A DNA stretch of 64,000 nucleotides from Octopus sinensis (lineage: Eukaryota). The stretch covers positions 51,646,001 through 51,710,000 of the forward strand of contig NC_043014.1 in the NCBI RefSeq assembly GCF_006345805.1, read 5' to 3'. Every line of letters begins with the position of its first letter. Position 1 is the first letter of the stretch. This document shows positions 40,395 to 54,217 of this stretch, one piece after another. Under the pieces are notes generated by a model. It saw only the letters and a list, made by a program, of their open reading frames with translations, searched no databases and had not been told where the DNA came from. A program made the position numbers and the translations under genes.

Positions 40395-40650
40395 AAATTT
40401 TTGGCTCAAAAAGCAAAAAGCAAGGCCATGGAGGGGGACATAGAGTTATGTACAGGGTGGTGTTCATGCAAAGAGTTCAGGCCATTTCTGGTCAAGAGAG
40501 ACTTTGAACCGAGCGGTCGTCGGCATCTTCACTATCTCGTCCGGCAGCTCATTCCGCGGATTCGCAACCCGGACGGAGAAAGCTCCTCTCCTTCGATTGA
40601 GAAGAAATCCTCGCAGATAGAGCTTTTCGGAGTGACCACGCAGCCGACGC
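40395..40650 (-). mobile_element. CR1-like LINE 3' end (ORF2 C-terminus + 3'UTR)
   Basis: LRGHSEKL...RRGAFSVRVANPRNELPDEIV...FKVSLDQKW matches the CR1-type C-terminal pattern LRGHxxKL/FSxRVVxxWNxLP/FKxxLD. Confidence 0.85.
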
Positions 40651-40726
40651 TCTGGAGAAGGTGTGTATGAGCGTGTGTGTGTGTGCACGCTATGAACAGT
40701 GGTCGACCTGGGACTGTTGTAAATAC

Positions 40727-41052
40727 TAGGGTTGTGGAGTGGGAGTCGATAAACTTATACCGACTCCGACTCACAATATCTTTATTCTTCAATATAAACC
40801 AGTTATAAGATATAGGCCTACTCAATGTATAAGCGTATGCATATGCTTTATGAGATGTGTAGACCACACTCAATCACTTGATTACCGTATTTTAACATGC
40901 ATAAGGAAGCCTTTTTTTTTTTCAAAAATTAGGTTTAAAATATATGGGAGTTTCTTATACATGGCTAGCATCAATTACACATGATAAGCTAAGGTAAATA
41001 AAGAGGAGTCGGAATCCGAGTCGAAGATGATTGTTTCGACTCTACAGCCCTG
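40727..41052. mobile_element. hAT-type MITE
   Basis: TIRs TAGGGTTGTGGAGT / ACTCTACAGCCCTG with subterminal GAGTCG/CGACTC repeats. 8-bp TSD GTAAATAC / GTGAATAC matches at 7 of 8 positions. Confidence 0.8.
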
Positions 41053-41439
41053 GTGAATACACATAAATCACACTCGCTCGAGGTGGCTGAATCCGAGAAG
41101 AGCATCGTTGCCCAGTGAGTAGTTTTCATTACACGGCGAACTTGTTAACGACACAGCCATGCCTGTGTGTAAGTTAATTCTTTATCCTATTTGAGTTGTT
41201 CCTTATTGCTTGGCAAAAAAGTTTCTAATGGCGCCGATCATAGAAAGACAAAACCCACGTTTGTTTTGTTTGTGTCGTGTTACGATGCTTGTCAACCGAT
41301 GAAATTAGTCTCGAGACGACAACGGTCTCTGATGAAATTAGTTTATACCGAAACGGGGTCATAAATTCAGATTTCTTGGCTATATATATATAAACATTAA
41401 TTTATCTATGTAAATTATTATAAGATTATCCGTATATTT

Positions 41440-41900
41440 TATCTTCTATTTGTTTCACTCATTTGACTGCGACCATCCTGGGGCACCGACTTGAAGGGTT
41501 TTAGTTGAACAAATCGACAGTAACTTATTTTTTGAAGTCTAGTACTTATTGTACTAAGTTACGGGGTCGTAAACAAACCACCACACGTTGTCAAGTGGTG
41601 GTAGGAAACACACTCATATATCGATACATACATATATAGATATACATACATAAACACACAATATATATATATATATATATAATATATATATATATACTTA
41701 TATACACTCATATATATATATATATATAGACATACATATATATATACACTTACACACAAACATATATATATATATATATATACATATATACAACGGGCTT
41801 TATTCGGCCCGAGGTTATATTAGAACATACTTCCCCAACATGCTACGCAGCACTGAACCCAGATCAATATCGCTGAAAAGCAAGCGTCTAACAACACATC
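41440..41900 (-). mobile_element. SINE family A, degenerate, with expanded internal microsatellite
   Basis: Tail at 41445-41600 and head remnant at 41790-41900. Confidence 0.7.
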
Positions 41901-42161
41901 GACGCTACTTGAAATTTTGTCCATTTCTTATTGGGTGTCGCCATATTGGGTGTCCTTCATGTTAGCTCGGACCTGGATCAAGTGGTTGGCGTGCTGTACT
42001 CAGAGCCAGGGAGCAGCTTTGATTTTGGAGGAAAAGATATTATTTCATGATGCTCCAATCGGTTCCGCTTTAAACAAAAATCCCTCCGATGGATTCGTGC
42101 CCCACGTGGACATATTAAACCATCTCGTTTACTTATACGATATTGAAACTGAATTTCTGTA

Positions 42162-42546
42162 TCTCTCTCTATATAAACGGCAGTTTGTCTGTGCGTGTTT
42201 CTGTGTGTCTGTTTGCTTGTACCCTCACCCTGACCACGGCTTTCAACCGATTCTGATGAAACTTGACACACGCATAGCCCAATGTCATAATTCAAAACTA
42301 ACGCAGCGAAAATTTTGAAAAGTTCTCCCAGTTTTGAAAAAATCGATAAATTCGACATGGGGTCGAGAATCAGGAACACAAACCACAAACTATGTAGAGG
42401 ACGCAACTCCACCTTTTTTAACTATCAAAAACAAATTTACCATCATTTTTTTCCATTTTTTTTGCTATTTTTTGGCTATAACTCTCTAAAAATGCTTTAT
42501 AGTTATTTCCCTTACAAACCTGAGCAACGCCGGACGATACTGCTAG
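42162..42546 (+). mobile_element. Non-autonomous Helitron
   Basis: 5' TC after A (a|TCTCTCTCTATATAAA), a subterminal GC-rich imperfect hairpin CCTGAGCAACGCCGG, 3' CTAG before T, and no TSD. Confidence 0.7.
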
Positions 42547-43211
42547 TATTATATAAAGGATGGGACTGGAATAATTCGGCCTTTCAATCACCATTGCTCT
42601 CTATGAAATCAGGGTTGATATTTCAAATCTCTCTACAATCAAAGCAACACCGACAGAATTCAGCCCATTTTTGTCAGCGCAATATTATTTATTTCTTTAT
42701 TTAGATAAATTTATTTCAGGAAATAAACAAACTCGCGAGTTTGATTAAAACCAGGGCATCGTAATTGCTCGATGAAATTCATAAACATTCTTTTATGCAT
42801 CATACATATATACGGATATATAACCCGGACATATATGAATATACACTACACGCACAAGTGGATACATAAATACAGTGACAGAGACACATAAAAACTAATT
42901 TAGATACAAGCTTTCAAGTAAAATAAAGACATACATAAGGAAAACAACGAAAAGAGGCTCACGCAAACAAACATACAAACATACATATACACGCAAACAT
43001 GCAAACATAAGACATAGATACAAACACACATATATATCCAGCAAATCATAATATAAACATACTGACGTATTTTATACACATAGATGACAGTTTTGCGGAA
43101 GACATACACGTAAGCTTAGATTCATGCATTTTCGTATTGACAAACATAGGCAAAACGACGTAAACAGACACACACACACGCAAACACACATAAAAATACG
43201 AAATTAAAAGA

Positions 43212-43270
<59 letters not shown>

Positions 43271-43793
43271 AAGCACACAGCAAAAACACAAACAACCAAA
43301 CAAAATAAATTTGAAACAACAAATATGGAAAGCGAAAGTAGACTGAGGAACCGAAATGGCTTTGATGTCAAAGTTTTGTTATTTCTAAAATTTTTTTTTC
43401 TTTTTAGCTTTTTTGATATATTTTCAAATAAGTGGCTTTGAAAGGTCAGCAAAGCAAGAACAACAACAACAACAACGGTGACAAAAACAACAGCAGCATC
43501 ATCATCAAAGACAACATCAACAACTACAAAAATAAAAAAAAAATACAGCGCTGAAGAAAGAGCAAAAAAATATATACACCATATTTAAGTGTACACACAC
43601 AGACACACACACACACTTACATACATGCATACGTACATACATAACCGTCTGTGTATATATATGTATATAAAACAAATTATTGCACAAAATTTTACGCCCC
43701 CAGAAATGTCTTTTGATATCAGTGGCGATGCCTTTCAGCGCCATATTGAATTAACCTCCAAGTCCATCAGATTTGCGTGCGCGCGCGAGTGTG

Positions 43794-43794
<1 letters not shown>

Positions 43795-43833
<39 letters not shown>

Positions 43834-43951
43834 GTATATATATATGTATATATATGTATGTATTTATATATATGTATGTATATATATATATGTATGTATG
43901 TATATATGTATGTATATATATATATGTATATATATATATATGTATATGTGT

Positions 43952-43989
<38 letters not shown>

Positions 43990-44592
43990 GTATATGTATA
44001 TGTATATATATATATATATGTATATGTATATATATGTATATGTGTATATGTATATATATAATATATGTATATATATGTATATGTGTATATGTATATGTGT
44101 ATATGTATATATGTATATGTATATATATGTGTGTGTGTGTGTGTATGGATGTGTGTGTGAGAGAGCTGTGTGTTTGTAGCACGTGATGGTGTCGCAGGGT
44201 GTTTTGTTACTTTGTCGGTAAGTAACTGTGTGTCTGTGTGTGAGTGTGAAATTTGAGAAAAGTTATACTTCTGTAAAAAGCAATGCAACCTAAAGTGTCT
44301 ACTTAAAGAAATTAGGCGTTTCAACAATTTTCTGACAACTTTCTACCAATGTTAGTTATCTTCCATCTTAACAAAATGTGACATAAACCCAATATGTGTC
44401 TGCATATATATATATATATAGATATAGATAGATATAGATATAGATATATATATATATAGATATAGATATATATATACATATATATATACATGTATATATA
44501 CACATATATATATACACATATATACATATATATACACATATATATACATATATATATATACACACATATATATATGTGTGTGTGTGCCCGCA

Positions 44593-44635
<43 letters not shown>

Positions 44636-44650
44636 GTGCAAGCACGTATA
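43795..44650. repeat. Two large (TA)n/(TATG)n/(TAGA)n microsatellite blocks
   Basis: Blocks at 43795-44160 and 44400-44632. Confidence 0.9.
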
Positions 44651-46238
44651 CACCTATATAAATGCTTACACATACGCATACACAAATTTTGAGCAAACAT
44701 TTATTGACAAGAACAATGTCTTTTACGTAGAACAACAGTTTTGGACAAATTATCCTCTGAAATTGCTACGATTTATAAAGATCATGTCACTGAGATCGCC
44801 CCCTGTTCAAGATTTGTACACCAGGAGCTGCTGCATTTTTGAGACTCGATATACATTCTAGCTTTTACTGTAATATTGAAGTTGATATTTGTTATAAGCG
44901 GCTTTCGTCATCATTTTTCTATACCCCTTTACCTGTGCACATCATTTTCATAACTAATGTCATCTATGTCTACTTTCAAACCTTCAAGGCTTGTTATATA
45001 CGTTGTACGTAATACAAGTTTCGTTTCTATATGTCGCGAGGTACTTTAAAACTTAGGAATATAAATCATTCATAATGCAGGAATACGAGTCAGATATGTC
45101 TAGTAAGTCACACGTGATACGAAACAAGAACAGGGTTAAAAAGAGGTTACCAGTTTTGATGCAAAATGCTAATCTATGATGATTAGCAACATCGGATCAA
45201 ACAGCTTTGTAACCAAATACAAAAAGGCTGACCAAATGGTATCAGAGTTGACACTATAGTTTCCAGTTTCCGCCACGCTATATTTGATCCTTCGTCTCAC
45301 CGAGATTAACCTCTAGGCTTGCATTTCCCCTGATATATGTGTCAAATTCACTTATCTTTTGTAATGGAATTCAGAGAAAAATGGTATATTCATTGGGAAA
45401 CAAATTCTAGTTTAGCAGCAGGTAATATTTTGATGGCAAATCTAAACATTTTTGGTTTAGTTTCTATAACAGAAACAATTCACTGCTGAATCAAGGGATT
45501 AGATACAATAAAACGAACGCTCACATGCAAAAGCAAGCACACATAACACTTACACACAAACAACATGTAAAGGAAATTTGAATATACGATCATGAGGTTG
45601 TGTGCATGAATGTATATACAGAAACGCATAAATGAGCATCGGCGTATGCCTGCATTATTGCGCTGCTGCTAATGTCTAAATTCCAAGGGAAGAGTCTTCT
45701 CTCTAGGCTAAAAGACAGCTTTTCATTTATTGACGTAAAACTCGAAAATAAAATCAGGGAAAATATAAACACGTATTAATATTTTAATACTTATTGTAAC
45801 ATTATATCAAATGTACACACGCACTTAAACACACACACATACACACACCAAAGACTGTATATTCGATACAGTTCCTCCATTAAATTCGTTTATTACTTCA
45901 TGCCTTTCCCACATGACTTCGTATATCGGAAAATGAGTCCATATATTAATATTTTAATTCGTCAACTTCATAAAATATGTATGAATGACATTCAATAATT
46001 CATTCTTTGCGAGATATAATGTAAACACGCACAAAAACGAAAATTATTAGGAAAGCAAAATGGCGGATTGTAAATTCCCTAAGTTGTATGATGTGTCAGA
46101 GATGAGGAAAGAATTTGGGTATATGGCTTTGATATTTCTGATAATGTATATTATGCCGAATGATCGCTATAATATTTGACATTATTAAACGTTATGTCAC
46201 TGCTATTATGTAACCGTGTATATGAAATCAAACACAGA

Positions 46239-46289
<51 letters not shown>

Positions 46290-46455
46290 CACATATCTTA
46301 GCATGTACCACCGTTGGACGATATACGCTGGAATATTGCCTATAAACCGTTTTCGCTTTTCTCATCTCAGCTATGGATACAGAGGCACAAGAACATTAGG
46401 CTCGAGAATAACAAGAAAAAGACTATAACTACTACGACTGCTACTACTACGCTTA

Positions 46456-47118
46456 AGGCATGACAGCCAAGGGCGGTACATCCAGGGAAATGCTTGTAAA
46501 TAGTACAAAATTTATTCCCATGATAAGTGGTGCAGGCACCTTGCAGAGGACGTAGTAAATGGCAAGGGCGTCACCATCCTTTCAAATTTCCCAATACAAA
46601 CACACAGAAAAACCGATTCCAATCGACCAGATATTGTGATCAAGGACTACGATAGATGAACTCATCTGTTAACAGATATGTGTGTCTCTCAAGATCAAAA
46701 TGTCTCAAGAAGAGAATACGAAAAGCTTTCTCGCTATAAATATCTTCAAATTGAATTCACAAAAATGTGGAAGCTTAGTACGATAATACCAGTAGTAATT
46801 CGTGTATTGGGAATGATAAAGAAGGGAAATGAGAAATATATTAAGCAACTTCCTAGAAGCTCCAATCTCCGTGAACTACAAAGCATTACCTTGATGGGTA
46901 CAACCCATATACTACAGAAAACACTCTCCATCTAAAATGTAATAAATGTGGTGATAATTTCAGCATGCATAGCAAAACAAAATTGCCCTTGCTACTGTTG
47001 GCCTCCGGAGGACGCCCGGTACTAAGGCAGCAGAAATAAAGTTATAATGAAAAGAAACCATAAATAATGATGATGATGATGATGATAATAAGAATAATGA
47101 TAATAATAAAACATAATA
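46456..47118 (+). mobile_element. R4/Dong-like non-LTR retrotransposon 3' end (restriction-like endonuclease), decayed
   Basis: One frame reads RHD...VTILSNFPIQTHRKTDSNRPDIVIKD...DMCVSQDQN...EKLSRY...MWK...IPVVI.VLG, with stops at 46501 and 46657. A (TGA/TAA)n tail lies at 47062-47118. Confidence 0.9.
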
Positions 47119-49684
47119 TATTGCGGGGTTCCTCATTGCCGAACCTTGTCTTGGCGCAAATGTAAAATATTTTAGTTTCCCAAATATCTTTGCTGTTCTT
47201 TTAAGGCATCTAACAATGTTATTCTGTTATTTTCACGCTTTCCGAACTGCATAAAACAACAGAATTAGGCGATCACCACTGAAGACGTTCTGCTCATAAG
47301 TACATTAATATTCATAGGCTCAGGGCCAACTGCCTGGTTAGGAGGTTTTTGCAAACTTGAATTTCGAGTGCGGTTCTCCTGCACAGCAACTTCAATAAGT
47401 ATCTTCTATTATTGCCTATGACTGAAGAATGCATTGCAAGTAATTTTTAAAGTCAGAAACTATGCGAAAGCTCGCCTTATATCTGTGTGTGTTTTTATAT
47501 TTATAACTATGTCGATCATACCTGTCTTTAACAACATGTGTTGTATTGTTTAGGTCCCCATAACTTAGCAGCTGGACAAAATATACGAAGGAACAAATAT
47601 TTGTATGAGTGTGTGTACGCGTTTGCAGGATTTTAAAATAAAAACGGGTAGGGCAATATTGTTCCCAAAACTCTTCAAGGTGGTGCCCTCACATGGCCAT
47701 AAAAATTCTCTGAAAACAGTTTAAAAAAGGAACAGAGTATTTTATTTTTCAATGGGCGAGATAAGATCTCGTTGAAGCCCCCTAATGTGGCTGAACATTA
47801 CATTAAACATCACACAGATCCAAGGAATACTCGACCACTTACTCGGTCAAGAAACACCTCTTAAATCAAAGGGAAGTTTATTCAGTTGCGCAAGCAACAA
47901 TCGCATATTCTCTTACATTTTTCGCCATGATTAACAATATAAATTATGACGCTTACTGCCTGCGGTAATATTGCCATTTAGGGAAAAACATTCATCCATA
48001 GAATAGCAACCGTGTGGGTCTTTTCAATGGAAACCTACTACTAATTGTTAGAAGTCTGTCGTACATGATTCATGTTTTTGCCCGGTAAATTGAAGTTGGC
48101 AGCTGACAAGTAATTCTCTGTGTTTCAATTCATCTTAAGACGGTTGAGTCTATTTAGAGTAGCGGATATTTAAAATGTATTACTAGTTACTCGACTGGTA
48201 ATTGGTACCATGTTGCTGCTATTCAAATATAGAACAGAAATATATTGAGATATAGATATTAATGTTGCTTCTGAAGTGAAAGGTTTAACATTACACAAAA
48301 CTTTAGATATGTGTGTGTGAGTGTTTGTACGTGTGTATATATGAATGTGCGTGTCTATATGCTTATGGATATATGTATGTGTGTGTGTATCTGTGGGTGT
48401 GTATGTACAAACATATGTATATGTATGCGGCAATATATATGCATGTACATATATGTGGGTTTATATACATATATATATATATATATAAATATTGAATGCG
48501 AAAACTAATTTGTGTGTCCGTGTGTCACACCTTGACTTAATCTCTCACTATTCAATGACACTTGCTCATGCTGGGGTGAGAGTAATAGGAGACACAGAGA
48601 CTGTGAGGCGGTGGCGAAGACAGAGAGAGAGTGAAAGAATGTAAGGAAGAAAAATGAGGGAGAAAAGACATAGAAATTTAGGGAGAGTTGATGAGAGAGA
48701 GAGAGTGGGTATGTGAGAGAAAAATGGAGATGATGTACAACTTTTATGGGTAGAAATCCCCGTGGCCAACACACTGAACCACCTACTGAACACTATCATT
48801 TTTTGTCTGTAATTTAGCGATTTCGACAAAAAAAAAGTGACAGAAATTGTTTAATACTAGACACACATAACACAAAACAGAATTACTGACGTTGTTTTGT
48901 TTCAACAATCCCTTTAAGGAGGTGCTCCAACTTGGCCACACTCCAACTTCTAAAGCAAGTAAATGAAAATTACGTAGAGCAGAATACAAATGCACACATA
49001 AAGTATGATTACTTATTAAAATGACTATTTATTAGACTATATAAAATTTCCGACCTATTTATAGTTGCCACAGAGACCAAATTTCATAATGATATGACTG
49101 CTAGACTAATTTATGAGTTGTTTATTTACAAAATATTGACATTGAATTGGATGAGCATCAAATGGATTTTGATAGTAGGTCAGTGCGTCACGTTGATTCC
49201 ACTCTATCCATTGTTATCAATGATAACCATAAATCAGAATTAAGAATATATGGCCATGAGAGAATGTATTCGTACGCATATTCTTGTCTATGTTTTCGCT
49301 TTAGTGTGAGGAGAATGGAATTGTTGAACATTACGAATTCCGAAAATGAAATAGAAGGATGATCTCTTTTGAAATAGTATGAAACACAGAGGGATTCTAA
49401 GATTCTAACATATCAATGCAAAACTAAAGTTATTTAATCTGACAATGTAGCAAACGTTATACGTGAGTGAGTGTGTGTGTATGTGTGTGTATCAAGAGAC
49501 AGATAATAGGTTAGTGTTCTAATTATATATTTTTATTTAAACTTTACCATTTTGTATGCTTCCACATCTCACAAATAACTCATGCGGATGTATGTACACA
49601 TGCATGTATGTATGTATCGATCTATCTCTCTATTTATCTCCCTGTCTAGATGTCCCTCTCTTTCTCTCTCTCTAAATATATATA

Positions 49685-50002
49685 TGCTCTTTGCTCTTTT
49701 ACTTGTTTCAGTCATTCGACTACGGCCATGCTGGAGCACCGCCTTTAGTCGAGCAACTCGACCCCAGGACTTTTTCTTTGTAAGCCCAGTATTTATTCTA
49801 TCGGTCTCTTTTGCCGAACCGCTAAGTGACGGGGACGTAAACACACCAGCATAGGTTGTCAAGCAATGCTAGGGGGACTAACACAGACACACATACATAC
49901 ACGCACACACATATATATATATATATATATACATATATACGACGGGCTTCTTCCAGTTTCCGTCTACCAAATCCACCCACAAGGCTTTGGTTGGCCCGAG
50001 GC

Positions 50003-50038
<36 letters not shown>

Positions 50039-50113
50039 ATATACATATATACGACGGGCTTCTTCCAGTTTCCGTCTACCAAATCCACCCACAAGGCTTT
50101 GGTTGGCCCGAGG
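49685..50113 (-). mobile_element. SINE family A lacking its head, with an internal 111-bp tandem duplication
   Basis: Segment 49934-50002 is repeated at 50045-50113, and both copies are bounded by (TA)n. Confidence 0.85.
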
Positions 50114-50145
<32 letters not shown>

Positions 50146-52049
50146 TATAGGACGTTAACGACAAGTGTGAATGAAAGTTATTCCTTAGGAATGAAAACCT
50201 TGCCGAATCTTTACTCACCAGCATCGCATGCTTTTAAACTTTATCATTTTGTATGTTTCCACATCTCACAAGTAACTCATACGAATGTATCTATGCATTT
50301 ACTATATCATTGTTCGTCGTAGACATGGCAGATGTTCCCTTAACAAAAATAATCGCTATTGTAATTCCACCTAGTTAACGTGTGTCCTTCGGCATGGCTG
50401 ACGGACCATTTAGAGCCAGATCCCACCAACTCTACTACAAATAAACATGTATACACGCAAAGAGAAGTAGATATTGGTTAATGCAATTCGGATGCATTAT
50501 TTAACAAATAAATAAGATAAAAATAGCATTATTTAGCAGGTAAATAAGATAACAATAAGATAAATATCTCGAATATTTTCAAATTTAGAACACCTACATT
50601 AGATGTAAGTAGACTCGAATCAGTAACAACACCATTGTTAACAACGCCCGTTTAGCTGCAGATCAATTAAAGTATGGTCGAGCTTAAATATCATCAAAGT
50701 ATTCCTTCTATATCCATCGCGTCTCCTGCCGTGCATAAAATATTAAAATATCGCACTGGATATTTGTTAATATCATACACGCCATATCTATGTTTTGAAT
50801 GAGGATTAGCAAATAACAAAGAACTGTATTTACTTTATATTATTCCGAATTCAAAAATATTGTGACAGATAATTCGTTCCAAACAAAAGAAGAATTTACA
50901 TTTATCATCAGAAAAAAACAAAAAAAATTATATATAATATATTTAGAAGTGCGTATCGCAGTCATCGTTATCTCTGCCAACAGAAAATTGATAAATCATA
51001 TTAAAATTTCCTTATAGATATTTTTTTATTTTTTAATATATTTTTTCCTTGAAATATGTTTTAATTCTAATGAACACATACAAATGTAAGTAAAATATTT
51101 TCGCTTCGGTTTGTCTACTGGAATGCTGATAATTAAATTTTTACAGGCACTTCAAATACTTCACTCTAGTTCAGATTGATTTAATTTATCGGCAAATTAT
51201 TTGTATGTGTGTGTGTGTATCCTTGTAGTGTAATATATATGTATGTATGTATTTATGTATGAGAGTGTATACAGATATATGCATAAACACACGTGCGGTT
51301 TATGTATAACCGCAAGCATATATACGTAAACGTACGCAAACAGGCACAAATATACATGTACAGGAGTACACTAGTGCGTGTGTGTGTGTGAAGATAGAGA
51401 ACAATAGATTTGCAGCCACGAACAGCTCACGAAAACAGAGGCACCAGCAAGCACAGCAGTTTATATAAATGTAGATCTATCGATGTGTCTATATACCTAT
51501 TAGTATATCTATATAATTCTCTCTCTCTCTCTCTTTCTCCCTTATATGCATATATATATATATATATGTGTGTGCGTGTGTGTGTGTAGACAGGTAGGTA
51601 GATATATGTCATTACTTCTAACAGCATGAAGCGCTGCATAGAGGCTGCCTTCTTTAAATGTCGTATAGAGTTCAATCAGATTTTTGTTTCTTTTTCTGTA
51701 CAAGCACATATAAACATGCAACGCAAGAACCATTCATATCTCTGTGGCTCCAACTTCCAAGATTCTCGGCCACGAAAAATTATACAACTAATCCCTTTTC
51801 GATTTCGCCCACACATGTTGATTCAGTCTTTCTAAAGGTGACACTATTAGTCTTCACACCGATTCAAAGAGACATGTGATTGTTACTCGTATGTTCTTTT
51901 GTCGCTTGCTTTCCATCGAATGATGACAATATCCATGTAGCAGCATGGATATGGCCGTCAGTGAAAATGTCGGTGAGAGTGCCACTGCAGAGGAATATAA
52001 GAAATTTACCATAAACGTCTTAATGTTTGTCATCACATATTTATTCCTC

Positions 52050-52312
52050 TCGTGAAGGCGAGTGGCTAAATGGTCAGCAAAGTTTCCTCACGATCCTACT
52101 GTCTTGGTTTAGTTTACCTAGCACCACGTTGTGCCTTTAAGGAAGACACTTTGTATTACGTTGTCCCAGTTCTCTTAGGTGGCCAAAATGAGCTGGAACG
52201 CATTTTTCAAAGGGCCGACGTCTTCACCGTCTCCTTGAAAATTACGTGCAGGTTACGCGCGTGTGTGTGTGGAGGACTCAGTCACTGCCACATTAAATCC
52301 ACGAGAAGCTAG
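52050..52312 (+). mobile_element. Old SINE with a different tRNA-like head (family D) and tail type X
   Basis: Head gtgaaggcgagtggctaaatggtcagc, then tttcaaagggccgac...gtggaggactcagtcact...ccacgag, homologous to 8717-8830. Confidence 0.65.
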
Positions 52313-52774
52313 TTCTAAAGAAATTTATTTATTTATTCTTATAAGATTCGAGGCGACGGATAGGTCGACAAACGAGATGCAAATTGATTGTTTTCCCTGT
52401 TTAGTGTTCCAGACACATCGGTCTCGAACTGAGATATCACAAGCTGCTTGTGGTATCATTTCATATCGACCTCTTACTCACTTTTCTAAATTAAGCGCCC
52501 AGCACATTGCATCAAATAATTTCGCAATGATAGTGAAGAACAATTCAGTAGAATTCCGTGTCTAGTTTGATACCATGTTATAAACATCACGGGCGATCTG
52601 GCCAACGAATGACTCCTATAAGCATGTGAAAACACGTTTCAGTGTGTGTGAGTGTGTAGTTATTGTTCACTAACATTCTGTGTAGAATCACACTAAGTAT
52701 AGTTTAAGCACGTGAGTAAGCGAGCATGTGTACTCACATGTTCATACTTACACATAATGACTGCCCTGTACACC

Positions 52775-53085
52775 ATGAGTTTGGTGAAGTGTGACATTGA
52801 CTTCACCAACTGGGAGGAAACGGCAAAAACAGACCACTCTGGAAAACCACCATCCAAGAGGGAACGGCGAATTTCGAGTCGAAAAGGTCTGCAGAGCTGG
52901 AGGAGAAAAGACGACGACGGAAGGAGCGCCAACAACAACCACGTGCGACTCTCCCTTCCGGCACTAGATGTCCGCACTGTGACCGATCTTTTCGAGCAAG
53001 AATTGGTCTTATCAGTCACCTACGGACTCACCAATAAATTTGCGCGAGGACCATCATCCTCGACCTTGAGGGATTGCCATAGTAA
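52775..53085 (+). mobile_element. RTE-clade LINE 3' end with C-terminal C2H2-like finger
   Basis: WEETAK-(frameshift)-RPLWKTTIQEG...CPHCDRSFRARIGLISHLRTHQ* (stop at 53035-53037), followed by a short 3'UTR hairpin. Confidence 0.9.
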
Positions 53086-53859
53086 CTTACACATACTTAA
53101 CTACACACACACAACCTGCCTTTCTCTCTCTCTCTCACCAACACCATCAACCACACCATATATAAAACACTCTATAGGGCAGACTATCAGATGTTGATAG
53201 TCTACTGTATACAATGCTTTTCTTTGCATTGTATCTTTCAAATGAAGCCATCTTCTGAATGACTGGAGAGGCCAGCATTTTTCGCGGCGAGATACAATTC
53301 TGTTAGGGAGAAAAGCATCTGCAGCTAGGTGGACGGAAGTAGGACAAAGTGAAATGAAAATTTTCTCTTTGCACATTTTACACATCACAACGTTTGTCTG
53401 TGAATCGAAACCACGACTTTGCGATCGTCAGGGAAGCTAAGCATTACGCTGAGCGTCCTTGTACACATGTGTGTCTGTGTGTGACGATGTGTGCATGTAT
53501 AAGTGTGGATAGATTGCGTGGGAGAAATGACAGAGAAATATTTCAACAAGATTGAATTAGAGAGATTAAAGGAATTTTGATGAAAGTGCTGTCCGTTGCT
53601 CATATGGCGATGAGCAGAGATAGTGTTCAGCACCACTGTTGGCATGGACGACAAGAATTGCTGATTATTTCTGACACTAATAATTAACTGAATAAAATCA
53701 TCCTGAATAAACAAACATAAAAACATATAAATATATATACATATACATACACACGCGTATATGCATATGTGTGTGTGCGCCTGTGGAGGTGCGAGCGTAT
53801 CTATATATAAATGTATCATTGTGTAAGTATTTGTATATGCGTATATGTCTCAATGCATG

Positions 53860-53891
<32 letters not shown>

Positions 53892-53946
53892 TAGATGTAT
53901 ATATATATAGATAGATGTATATATAAATATGTATATACATATAGAC

Positions 53947-53991
<45 letters not shown>

Positions 53992-54065
53992 TAGATGTAT
54001 ATATATATATAGATATACGTATATATAAATATGTATATACATATAGACATGTATGTGTGTATATA

Positions 54066-54096
<31 letters not shown>

Positions 54097-54150
54097 CATA
54101 CGTATTAGTTGCCAAATGTGTATGTAGCTGTACGTATATATGGCTTTATA

Positions 54151-54217
<67 letters not shown>

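Noticed and set aside
41298-41360. CTGATGA...CGAAAC GGG GTC hammerhead core words next to a GAGAC/GTCTC hairpin
   Set aside because: Neither stem I nor stem II can pair. At best this is a decayed relic, so it is not counted.
44929-45026. Minus-strand exon candidate ending LEGLKVDIDDISYENDVH, faintly MAM-like
   Set aside because: The acceptor is weak and the MAM-domain cysteines and other motifs are missing.
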